From Nemertoderma westbladi (taxonomy: Eukaryota; Animalia; Xenacoelomorpha): a DNA stretch of 64,000 nucleotides. The notes beneath the pieces were generated by a model. That model was given only the letters and a program-made list of their open reading frames with translations. It was not told the DNA's origin and did no database searches. The stretch covers positions 7,886 to 71,885 of the forward strand of contig JAUCBJ010006914.1 in assembly GCA_032718475.1 (NCBI GenBank). Reading direction: 5' to 3'. The first letter of the stretch is position 1. Each line of letters starts with the position of its first letter. Shown here in pieces: positions 1-9,761 of the stretch. The translations under genes and the position numbers were made by a program.

Positions 1-2527
1 ACTGAGTCTGAATGACTCATTCACGGACAAAGATGGGAAAACCAAGGTGGTCTGGGATGTTCTGCGAGCGAAACATCCTCCAGCGCAGCCCGCAGACGAG
101 TCGACCCTGCTATCGCATTTCCCTGAGGCGCCACAGCACCACAGCGTTGTGTTTGAGGCGATCGATGGGAAGCTCATCCTTGGGAGCTTGCTTAGAATGA
201 AGGGAAACGCCGCTGGTCCATCGGGAGTTGATGTTCAGGGTTGGAAGCACCTCCTTACCCGGTTTCGGAGACAGTCTTCCGAGCTGGGTGAGAGGATCGC
301 AGACTTGGCGAAACAACTCGCACAGACCAAGACTTCTCAGGGGTCTCTATCTGCGCTACTGTCTGCCAGACTTATTGCACTGGACAAAAACTCGGGCGTC
401 AGACCCATAGGGATAGGTGAGGTGTTGCGCCGCGTCATAGGTAAATCTATCACCCATTGTATCCGTCAGGATCTTGAGTCTGTCGGTGGGAACACCCAAC
501 TCTGTCTGGGTCAGAAGGCTGGCATTGAATTCGCCATCCACAGCCTCACGATGGAGTGGGACTCGGACGACTGTGACGGGGTTCTACAGATAGACGCTAC
601 AAATGCCTTCAACGTACTGAACCGTTCGGCTGCCCTCCACAACATTGGAGTTGTCTGCCCTGCCCTTCTCACTGTAGTCACCAATTGCTACAGCGAACCA
701 GCTCGACTCTTTGTGGGAGGGGAGACGTTGCTCTCTGAAGAGGGGACCACACAGGGTGACCCCATTGCCATGGCGATGTATGGGTGCTCCATTATGCCAC
801 TATTAGCTGAGTTGGGACGTGCAAGCAAGGCCACACAGCGGTGGTATGCGGATGATGGCAATGCGGCAGGAAAACTCACTGACCTACGGGCCTTCCTAGA
901 GGTTGCTACCACAAGGGGTCCTCTCTTTGGCTACTTCCCATCCAAGTGTCACATCACAGTGAAACCAGCAATGTTGGAAGAGGCTGAGATTCTTTTCGCC
1001 AATACTGGTGTCACCATCAACACAACAGGCCATGAGCTACTCGGCGGGGTTGTTGGCACTGAGGAGTATCGCACCACGTTCCTAGAAGAGAAGGCTCAGG
1101 AGTTCGCCATGGAAGTGGATCGTCTCGCAGGGGTGGCAGCAGTGGACCCCCACTGTGCGTACGCGGGCCTCGCGTTTGGCCTTGCCTGTCGGTGGCGGTT
1201 CATCACCCGTGTTGTATCCACCACGCCAGCCCATCTCACCCTGTTGGAGGAGGCTGTAAATCGATTCCTTTGCCATCTCACCGATCGGCCAGCCATCTCA
1301 AAAGAGGAACGCCTGTTACTTTCCCTGCCAGTCCGTGACGGGGGTATCGGCATTCCGGTGCCCACTGACCTGTCACATCAGTATACCAGCTCGCTTCGGG
1401 TCTGTGAGCCATTCATCAGCGCCACACCAGATACAATGGGGCAGGCCCGGGAGAAACAAACAGAGGTGGTGGGCAGGTTGAAGGTAGAGGCGCTGCTCCA
1501 GTCGATGGAAAAGAGAGAGGAAGTGGTGGGAATATTATCTCCTCCCCAGCGGCGGCTCCACGGACTGACCACTGAAAAGGGCGCTTCTATCTGGCTCAAC
1601 ACCAAGCCACTCATCCTCCAGGACACCCACCTGGACAAGGGTGAATTCAGGGATGCCCTGTGCCTCCGATATGGGTGGATGCCAAAGTCTCTACCGTCTC
1701 GTTGTGTCTGTGGGGAGCGATTTTCTCCTACCCACGTTCTGTCGTGCCCCACTGGAGGATTTCCTTCCATCAGGCACAACGAGATCCGGGACTTTGTCGC
1801 TGATGCTCTGACGGAGGTGTCACATAATGTGGCTGTGGAGCCAGTCCTCCAACCGCTAACGGGCGAGCAGTTTGAACACCGCAGCACTTCAACGGACCAG
1901 CTGGCGAGATTGGACGTCTCAGTGAGCGGCTTCTGGGGCAATCGGTTCCAGAAGACGTTCCTAGACGTCTCAGTCTTCAATCCACTGGCAGAAACTAATG
2001 CTGCCATGTCCCTACCGTCAGCCCACCTTTACCATGAAGCGCGGAAGAACCTAAAGTATCAGGAACGAGTGAGGGAGGTGGAACACGCCACCTTCACGCC
2101 TCTGATATTTTCCGCGTTTGGTGGTATGGCGCCTTCAGCCATACATCTGGTGAAGCGGTTGGCGCACCGCCTGGCGGAGAAGAGAGAAACGCGGTATGCG
2201 GAGTGCATCACATGGGTTCGGCGAAAGTTGAACTTCGCGTTGTTGCGGTCGGCCCTCATGTGTCTCCGTGGACACCGGTCGGCTGCTAGACGACCCATTC
2301 GCTGCACAAATTCAGTTGCAGACATAGCCATTGTGCATGCGAATGCGGATGTTGCCCCACCGCCGTAGACCACAACGAGTGAAGACAAGACCACGAAGAA
2401 ACTGATGTTAATGATTTTTTTTTGTGTGTAACTCTATATATAATTTTTGATCTCGTAATAATTTTCAACTATGTGAATTTGTTATATTTATTAGCTATAG
2501 ATATAGTTTAACTAAATATATTATACT
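1..2527 (+). mobile_element. CRE-like non-LTR retrotransposon, 3' portion with short AT-rich 3' UTR
   Basis: ORF above followed by ~160 bp AT-rich sequence that ends at a tandem repeat; 3' end approximate. Confidence 0.7.
2..2368 (+). CDS. CRE-clade non-LTR retrotransposon ORF, 3' part: reverse transcriptase + Cys/His motif + restriction-like endonuclease; frame open past the left window edge
   Basis: RT motifs LIALDK..GVRPIGIGEVLRR, IDATNAFN, EEGTTQGDP, WYADD; C-terminal CVC..HVLSC..GG..RHNEIRD, RLD..FLDV, K..KY, FTPLIFSAFGG typical of RLE-bearing CRE elements; no stop from nt 2 to 2368. Confidence 0.9.
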   Translation: MSLNDSFTDKDGKTKVVWDVLRAKHPPAQPADESTLLSHFPEAPQHHSVVFEAIDGKLILGSLLRMKGNAAGPSGVDVQGWKHLLTRFRRQSSELGERIADLAKQLAQTKTSQGSLSALLSARLIALDKNSGVRPIGIGEVLRRVIGKSITHCIRQDLESVGGNTQLCLGQKAGIEFAIHSLTMEWDSDDCDGVLQIDATNAFNVLNRSAALHNIGVVCPALLTVVTNCYSEPARLFVGGETLLSEEGTTQGDPIAMAMYGCSIMPLLAELGRASKATQRWYADDGNAAGKLTDLRAFLEVATTRGPLFGYFPSKCHITVKPAMLEEAEILFANTGVTINTTGHELLGGVVGTEEYRTTFLEEKAQEFAMEVDRLAGVAAVDPHCAYAGLAFGLACRWRFITRVVSTTPAHLTLLEEAVNRFLCHLTDRPAISKEERLLLSLPVRDGGIGIPVPTDLSHQYTSSLRVCEPFISATPDTMGQAREKQTEVVGRLKVEALLQSMEKREEVVGILSPPQRRLHGLTTEKGASIWLNTKPLILQDTHLDKGEFRDALCLRYGWMPKSLPSRCVCGERFSPTHVLSCPTGGFPSIRHNEIRDFVADALTEVSHNVAVEPVLQPLTGEQFEHRSTSTDQLARLDVSVSGFWGNRFQKTFLDVSVFNPLAETNAAMSLPSAHLYHEARKNLKYQERVREVEHATFTPLIFSAFGGMAPSAIHLVKRLAHRLAEKRETRYAECITWVRRKLNFALLRSALMCLRGHRSAARRPIRCTNSVADIAIVHANADVAPPP

Positions 2528-2835
2528 AAGTAGTACCGCTAGTCAGATAGTGGGAAATTAGTAGTAAGAGGGTACGTAGTACCGTTAGTAAGTAGCAAGT
2601 AGTGCCGCTAGTTAGATAGTGGGAAATTAGTAGTAAGAGGGTACGTAGTACCGTTAGTAAGAGAGTATGTAGTACCGCTAGTCAGATAGTGGGAAATTAG
2701 TAGCAAGAGGGTACGTAGTACCGTTAGTTAGTTAGAGAGAGTTAGAGGTTAGTAAGAGGGTACGTAGTACCGTTAGTTAGTTAGTTAGAGAGAGTTAGAG
2801 GTTAGTAAGAGGGTACGTAGTACCGGCTAGTAAGA
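2528..2835. repeat. Composite tandem repeat (~70-bp units then ~50-bp units sharing AGAGGGTACGTAGTACCG)
   Basis: TAGT(A/G)CCGCTAGT(C/T)AGATAGTGGGAAATTAGTAG occurs three times, then GTTAGAGAGAGTTAGAGGTTAGTAAGAGGGTACGTAGTACCG twice. Confidence 0.85.
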
Positions 2836-3301
2836 GGAAGAGGTAGAAGGGTATGTATAATATAGACATTAGTTAGTAGTTAGTAGCGAGAGGGGGGCAT
2901 ATGAGTACAGCTGGATAAATCGTGTAGGCCATGCGACGCATACTGTTGTACTGCACAAGCCCACAGAGTAGGCCAGAATGTGGATTATGGAATAGAGTAA
3001 TCCATTGGCAATAATAAGTAGTAGCACAGTAGTAGGATTGAATTAAATTAAAATATTAAAAATAGAAAAGGGCTAAGACAATCAACAAATTATGGTAACA
3101 GTAGAAAGTAAATTCTGGAACATAATTAAAGTAACTGACAAAATTGTAATTTAAAGTACAATTTGGTAGCTTCAGAAATTAGGTAGTGTAAAATAGGCTA
3201 TATAACTTAGTAATTCAGAGAGAGACAGGCCATCGAACTGAAATAAACCATCTTAACCTATCACTCATCCTATTGCGCCTTGGCAAGGCACCACCCAACG
3301 G

Positions 3302-4303
3302 GTGAGCGATCGGGCAGAGTTTGAGATGGCAGGCAAACTTGTGCGAAAGAGAAAGGCGGAGCTAGGAGGAAAGGAGATACTGGTGGATTTCACCAAGAGG
3401 CATCCGGAAGAGAAGACGAGGGGATACTACAAGCGGTTAGAGAGAGGTCACGCAGAGCGAGCGCTACATGACCATTTCAGGGAGGTGCACGAACAGCGGC
3501 TGGTCGGGACCTACGGGACGCCGTCGCTGGACAACGCGATCTTCGAGCATTTCCACTACGTGGTGAAAGGAGATGAGGCGAAGTTCGGGATTCTGAAGTA
3601 CGCGAGAGAGCCACCGAGGAAAGATTGGAAGAGGTTCGTAGAGTCCGTCAGCAGGGGAGGATATATGACCCTAGACGACGAAGGAACCGTGGAAGACGAG
3701 GAGGGTTCGAAGAGAGGATCGGCGGGGTCGGCCAGAACCATACTCCTACATTTGGCCGCGCCAAATGGGGATATATTCCTATTCGATCTAGGAACGTATG
3801 GAAAGAAGGATGGGCCGAAGTTGAACCGGTTGCCGAAGGCGGTGCAAACCCTAGTGAGAGAGAAGTCGACGACGAAAGTGGGATCGGCGATTCGCGTCGA
3901 TGCGGAGAGAATCATCAGTCCGGACACCCCCAACCTGCTGGATATGCAGACGGTCTATATGGCTATGACAGCACCAGACGGGTTGGGACTAGTAGAGAAC
4001 ACAGGACATTGCGGGGTGGTGGCAATGGGCCAGTTAATGGGGCTCGTGTGTCACAAACCGATGGACTGGAGTAAGTTCAGAGGGGAGTACGGAGCGGACT
4101 TGGCGAACTCGCTGAAGTGGGGAGCGAGGCCAGGGAGACAAGAGGTGTATCAATTCTGGAGAGGAGCGATAAAGGTATATCAGAAGCGATATATCCTACA
4201 GGAGGACTGGATAATGATGGGTTTGCTTAACCTATTCATGACCGTGGTTATCGAGAGGGAACCAACGGCATTCCTATTATCGGGATCACCCCTAAGCTAC
4301 TGA
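3302..4303 (+). CDS. Accessory ORF, N-terminal half: DEDDy (WRN/EXD2/RNase D-like) 3'-5' exonuclease-like domain
   Basis: ExoI-like TLDDEG; TILLHLAAPNGDIFLFDL; LPKAVQTLVREKSTTKVGSAIRVDAERI (ExoII D); LLDMQ; W..YQKRYILQED (ExoIII-like, atypical spacing); first ATG at 3326. Confidence 0.65.
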   Translation: MSDRAEFEMAGKLVRKRKAELGGKEILVDFTKRHPEEKTRGYYKRLERGHAERALHDHFREVHEQRLVGTYGTPSLDNAIFEHFHYVVKGDEAKFGILKYAREPPRKDWKRFVESVSRGGYMTLDDEGTVEDEEGSKRGSAGSARTILLHLAAPNGDIFLFDLGTYGKKDGPKLNRLPKAVQTLVREKSTTKVGSAIRVDAERIISPDTPNLLDMQTVYMAMTAPDGLGLVENTGHCGVVAMGQLMGLVCHKPMDWSKFRGEYGADLANSLKWGARPGRQEVYQFWRGAIKVYQKRYILQEDWIMMGLLNLFMTVVIEREPTAFLLSGSPLSY

Positions 4304-4360
4304 AGAGCCTTTAAGACGGCTTTCGAGGGTCTGGTAGACCACCTGGGGCTGAAGGGCGAG

Positions 4361-5848
4361 TTGGTGTACTACAACAGCCGACATCTGGTAGACGGGGAGG
4401 TAGATACGTCGTATCAGAGGTGGGAGCAGCTAGAGACGGATAGACGAGAGGCGATGCAATTGGAAGAAGTCGCTAGACATGAGAGGAGAGAAGCAGAGGA
4501 AAGGGAGGAGGAAGCTAGGGCACAGAGCTACGGCTTCGAGGAACAGGCGGGCTTAGACGAACGTCGTTGGACCTTATCAGGGAGTTCAGGGGAGTCTCTA
4601 GGGCGAGAACTAGGATGGATGGTGGGATCACCGAAACAGTCGACGTCAGGATTGCAGACGACGCCCATACCAGCGGGTGCCGAGGGCGACCAGCCGCTAA
4701 GGAGGCTAGGGGAGCTAGAAGGATGGAAAGCTACGGGCGAGAGCCAAGGCGGGAAGGGACATAGTGGGTCCACCAGGATACCAGGGTTGGAGCCACTGCC
4801 AGAAGAGGACGAGGACGACGACGAGTTCGGAGAGATGCCGCCCATCGGGAGGATCGGCCACTCGGACACGGATTGGGTTGGCGGGAGGGTGGTGACGGCC
4901 AGTGGGGCAAGGGCCTTCTGGGATAGACCCGGCAAACGGGCCTGGGTGCATGAGGAGCCGGCGATGGATTTCGCGGGGAGCACCATCAGGTTGGGCGAGC
5001 AACCGGGGACGGCACCATGGGTGGTATTCGGGGAGACGATGCCCGGGAGGGGCAAGGAGATCGATGTAGACAGGGACGCTAACGTCCGGAAGTTCGCTTA
5101 CCAGCGACTCCACAGACCGTGGAGATCGCTTGGGACGAAAGACGACGTGGGGCGGGAGACATTGGTGCTCGGCTGTGACTACTGTGGGAGACAGACCCAT
5201 CAGGAAAGGAGCTGTTTGTACCAGTTCCAGAAAGGGACTAGTTGTCTCTACTGCCGCGAGTCGAGCCACAGGATGGGGGCGTGTCCACGGTTGCACAACC
5301 AATGTTCGAAGTGTAACTTTCGGGGACATTACGGACGCCAGTGCGACTGGATGGACGACGAAGAGAAGTTTAGGGTCTTCGAGGAGTGGGCCGACGTCGG
5401 GGCCATGACTCGGCAACGCATGAAGGCCCAGGAGTTCCGGTGGGGCTTCTTTAACATCAATCAGGAGGCTCACATGGAGATTATCAAATGGAGGCTTCCG
5501 TTTACCTACCAGGAAGTGGCGACGGCGGTGTCATATGCCGGAGTGATAAATACGCAGAGGTATTTGGATAGGTGGACGCCACAGAACAGAGGAGAGTTCA
5601 GGGACTTCTTGGCGGAGCATGTGCCTCGGGCAATGAAAATGATCCTATGGGACGCCACCAGGGGGAGACAGCAGGGCCACTCGGAGGGGCCACCCGCGAA
5701 GCGATACCGGGAACTAATAACACTGGCACCCAAGGAGTTGACGACCGGGATCAGTAAGGAGGTGGCGGCGAGAGTCCGAAGCCAGAAGGCAGACAAGACC
5801 AAAGGAGCGGCAGTGACCAGGAAACAACCAAGGGAGGAGGACGACTGA
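4361..5848 (+). CDS. Accessory ORF, C-terminal half: charged/acidic linker + three CCHC zinc knuckles; same frame as 3302-4303, separated by one TGA
   Basis: CDYC-x4-H-x4-C, CLYC-x4-H-x4-C, CSKC-x4-H-x4-C at ~5174-5345; only the stop at 4301-4303 separates the halves (joined ~840 aa). Confidence 0.7.
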   Translation: MVYYNSRHLVDGEVDTSYQRWEQLETDRREAMQLEEVARHERREAEEREEEARAQSYGFEEQAGLDERRWTLSGSSGESLGRELGWMVGSPKQSTSGLQTTPIPAGAEGDQPLRRLGELEGWKATGESQGGKGHSGSTRIPGLEPLPEEDEDDDEFGEMPPIGRIGHSDTDWVGGRVVTASGARAFWDRPGKRAWVHEEPAMDFAGSTIRLGEQPGTAPWVVFGETMPGRGKEIDVDRDANVRKFAYQRLHRPWRSLGTKDDVGRETLVLGCDYCGRQTHQERSCLYQFQKGTSCLYCRESSHRMGACPRLHNQCSKCNFRGHYGRQCDWMDDEEKFRVFEEWADVGAMTRQRMKAQEFRWGFFNINQEAHMEIIKWRLPFTYQEVATAVSYAGVINTQRYLDRWTPQNRGEFRDFLAEHVPRAMKMILWDATRGRQQGHSEGPPAKRYRELITLAPKELTTGISKEVAARVRSQKADKTKGAAVTRKQPREEDD

Positions 5849-6528
5849 AGGAAAGACTTGAGGTGGTTCCCAAAGGCAGGTGGAACGAACTAAGACTTCG
5901 GTGTAACATACCTGGAAGGCACCACGTGAGACGTGCGAACTCCTAAGTACAAATTCAAGTAATTTAAATAATTGAAAAGTGCAATTAGTAGGTACGTACG
6001 TAGTAATCATTATTAGTTTAGCAAAATATAATCGAAGTAAGTACTATAGTCATTCAACCTTTTTCCAATTAGCTACTGGACTGGGGGACGACTGACTATG
6101 ACGAACGGGACGCTGGACGACATCACACTTCTTGAGTGCGACGGCACAGGAGGGGGGTGAAACTCGTTGGGAATGAGTGGGAGAGATAGGGGTTGAGTTG
6201 TAGTGCGGAGAGGGTGCAATTCAAGTGTGGGGGGGGAGGGGAATAAGAGGCTGAGTGAGGGACAGGGAAGTCCGAAAGTTAGAGTGGAAGTGAGGAGAAG
6301 TAGAGGAGAGTCAGGGTGAGAACAGAGTAGAGTTAGTGGTGATAGTGTTGGGGAAACAAAAGTCGTGTGAGAGGAGCATATGATCGGCCAGACACGGGAC
6401 GCCAGGTAAACAGGGTAGCGATATCACCCATAGGGGGCGGTCTGGAAAGCCGGCTCCGAGGAAAATAGTTCCACCCCACACTCGATACTAGGTCAAGATC
6501 CAGCGGAATTGTAGCGCACTAGAAGTGG

Positions 6529-6565
6529 ATGCTATCTTCTCACCGAGAAGATAGCATGGGGGGAG
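6529..6565 (+). promoter_or_regulatory. 13-bp perfect hairpin directly followed by the polypurine tract of B1
   Basis: ATGCTATCTTCTC-acc-GAGAAGATAGCAT then GGGGGGAG then TG of the LTR. Confidence 0.75.
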
Positions 6566-7146
6566 TGTTAGCGTATTCAATTCCACTAGCCAGGCCCAAA
6601 CAGAGTTGGTTTTAAGCAATATTGGGAGCACGAGGTTGGTTACCAATCAACCTCGTGTCACCCCAATAAGCGGGGTCAATAGGCCCCAAGGGAACACACA
6701 CAGCAGGGGTCAGAGGTTATACCTCCGGGAGGGAGAGAGAGACAGCAGCGGGGGGGGGGGGGGGGAGCACACCGAGAGAGATGGGAGGGTGACAAGTGAG
6801 TTATTAGCCAATGGGGGGAAGGCATCGGCTGAGTAGTGTAATGCGGCCGACCGGTGCAATATATTACCAGTAACCGTGTTATTCATTCACTCATTAGCTA
6901 GTCAGTTCAGTTAGGGTAGGATGGCAACTTTTATTACCGTTCAGCCGTTTATTCATTCATGTTATCTGTATACTGCAATTACTAACTGCATTCGCTATAA
7001 CTGTGCTTATACTTTATACCACTTTATATTATATACATACCGAGCGATTAACAACAGGAACTCTAACAAACTCTTTTCACACGGCGGGACGCATAAATAA
7101 ACCTAACCACCGGATAAACCGGGATCCTCTATCTGATCCCATCACA
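6566..7146 (+). repeat. 3' LTR of family B copy B1 (581 bp, TG...CA)
   Basis: TGTTAGC...GATCCCATCACA; collinear with 42192-42753 (TAAGCAATATTGGGA, CACGAGGTTG, TTATTAGCCAATGGGGG, CACACGGCGGG); preceded by PPT. Confidence 0.85.
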
Positions 7147-9019
7147 AGATAGTTCATTTATATTATTAAACAACTCATTGTATTTAACGGTAAATTTACC
7201 TCGATAACTCCGTTGTTGCCCTAGTAAGGTATCCAAGTCGACATTAGTATTTAATTGTGCAGAAACACGGCCACCACGAGCCTGTGAGCGTAACGAGGTA
7301 GAGCTCGAACTTTGTGACCCATAATGTGTTTTATTTGTATGCGACATTGTACAGTTGTATGATTGTAGGCCCCCTACCGTACTTCTGGCATCTAACACGA
7401 CCCAGGTGTGTAGGTGTAGTGTATTATTATAAATACCGGTATTGAAATATTATTAACTACTGCCTACCACAGCGGTGGACAGCTTAGTCTACAATACAGC
7501 AATATGTTGATATACGAAAAATAGGCCTAGGCCTGTAGGCTATAGTACGTACTGAGGTATATATATACAAATATAAGTATATGGGCCTACCAGGTAGGTA
7601 CCGGACCGGTCCTACTGAGTACAGAGAAATTAAAACAGTTAATTAAATGCACAAATGTAGGCTATGCTGCTACGGCTATAGGCCTCTACAACCTAATATT
7701 GCTAGATTTATGCACTGCGGTTTTATCTGATTATCACTAACTGGCAGTCAGTCAGTTAGTCGTAGGCTAGGTTAGGCCCTCCTAGTCTGCCAGTCTGCAG
7801 TCTATGGTCTTGGGAAAAAAAACAGCAAAAAAATTGACTAGGCCTACCGCACTACAGGTACCGGGTATGGTATTTATTCTGCCTAGGCCTACCTGGATTG
7901 CTGTCCGTCAGTCAGTCAGTCTGTCAGTACAGCAGTAGGCAGGCATACGTGTCCAGGTGTCTGCATGCCAAGTAAATCTGTAAATACGTAAATTTCAGAA
8001 TTTTTACATGTACGTACAGACATATGACTAATAATTTGATATCGCTCCTTTACTGTCCTGGATGCCGGGCGGCTAATGCCACTATATAGGAAATTTGAGC
8101 TCGCTAAATGTAGTTTACGTATGGGAGTACGTAATCTGGTAATGGTATAATAAAGGGTTGACGACCCTTTCATGCATCCGAGTATACACAGTAAGGTTGA
8201 CAGATAGCTGGATAGTTGAACAGTTGAATGGCAAGTGCTGAAGTGGGTTACAAAGGACTGCATAGATCAGTGGATAAGGTAAATGTGAAATGAAGTGCTA
8301 CCAAATACAGCAAATAAGGACGGGTACGGGTAAGGGATAAGGCAGATAGGTGGAGGATGGTGAAAGTAGGCTGGCGGGGTTCACACTCCTACCCAATGCA
8401 TAGAAAATACATAAAAACTAAACAATGATATATTCTTTATCCTGTAATATATATATGTCTAAACAGCTACACCCGGAGAGCTACCGGTAACTGCATATCC
8501 TAGCACCTAGTCCTGCTGTCCTGAATACTGGAATAACTATACAACTAAATGTAAAGGAGCGATGCGAGCTCATGGGGAGACACGCATTTGATAAAGGTTA
8601 CTGAAGTACGTCTGTACTGGAGTAGCCTAATTTGCATATAATAATGGAAGGGGCATCAATGCGTCTGCATTGATGCGTAAATCACAGTATGCAGTATATC
8701 CGCTATTAATCAAAAGAGTACAGACTGCACAATGACAGGAAGACACCGTGACAATGAGAAATCCGCAATCAGCGATACTGGAGATAACTTCAGTACCAGT
8801 GACATATGATTTATGAATCATAAACTACTGTATCTATCCAAAAGGATGGTTGTACTATAAGCTGTAAAGGTCGGCTGAGTGACTATAAAATGTAAATTGA
8901 AATGCAATCAGGAGATGGCCCACGTAATCCATGACATAGTCTGGGTACGCTAAATAACAATATTGAAAATAGTCCCGGTGAAATTGATCAAAATAATGCA
9001 AGTAATAACGTAACAAATC

Positions 9020-9761
9020 AACAAGGTGAGGCCAGTGGCGGTATAATTAATACAAATGTCGGGGAAGCAGGCAATTCGCCTAGAGAGGGCCTACAAGGCC
9101 ACGTGGTTGTGCAGGGAGGAACGCGGGCGAATAAACCTAGGGAGAACAGAACTAACGTGTCGAGTGGAGGAGAACATGGGCATGGGGGCGAAGTGAGAAG
9201 TGACAGGTGGGGGGGCTACGGGCACCCCACCACAACCAATCAATGACGAGAGGGGGGGGGGGGGGGGCAGAAAACGCTCCACAGATGTCGACGGGAAATA
9301 TGCTCGGTGATTCAAGTGAACCGGAGCTCCCGATGACGGAGAAAATGGGGGTGGGGCAACAGAAGCCCCACGAGCCCCGGAAGACAATGCGCACGGTGAG
9401 TTAAGTGAACCGTGGCACCCGACGACGGAGCATAATAGGAGGGCAGCGAATATCCGCGAGGCCGTACAACCGGGTAGAGGGAGGGACATTGGTGCCGTAA
9501 GCGGTCAAACGAGAAAACGAGAAACCGATCGAGGAAGAAGACAGAGGAGGGGATCGGAGGGAAACTTCCCGTCAGAACGTAGCTGCCGATCGAGGATATG
9601 GTAGTCGCGGGGAGGACTTCTCGGAACATTCAAGAAGATTAAACTTCGATCCAAAAGGACACAGGCAGACTGCAGAACATACTTGGTTAATACCCCACTT
9701 ACAGGTACCGGAAGACAGCCCCAAGACTGGTGTGACCGTACGGGCGGGGGGGGGGGGGGGT
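9020..9761 (+). pseudogene. Decayed fragment of a family-B-like gag low-complexity region
   Basis: Shares GGGGCTACGGGC.CCCCACCACAAC, GAAGATTAAACTTCGATCC and TTAATACCCCACTTACAGG with B2 gag (44158-45600); cut by a LINE 3' end. Confidence 0.6.

Larger units (their letters stand above)
2528..7146 (+). mobile_element. 3' part of BEL/Pao family-B LTR retrotransposon (copy B1): accessory ORF, PPT, 3' LTR; left boundary uncertain
   Basis: Ends in polypurine tract + LTR homologous to the 5' LTR of BEL element B2 (42192); purine-rich sense strand like B2 internal region. Confidence 0.65.

Noticed and set aside
4361-5848. Reading the CCHC ORF as an ordinary gag or LINE ORF1
   Set aside because: Followed by PPT + LTR rather than pol/ORF2, lacks BEL Gag motifs, and is in frame with an exonuclease-like domain
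8040-8990. Possible decayed ORF upstream of the B-like gag fragment
   Set aside because: Many stops and no motif I can assign
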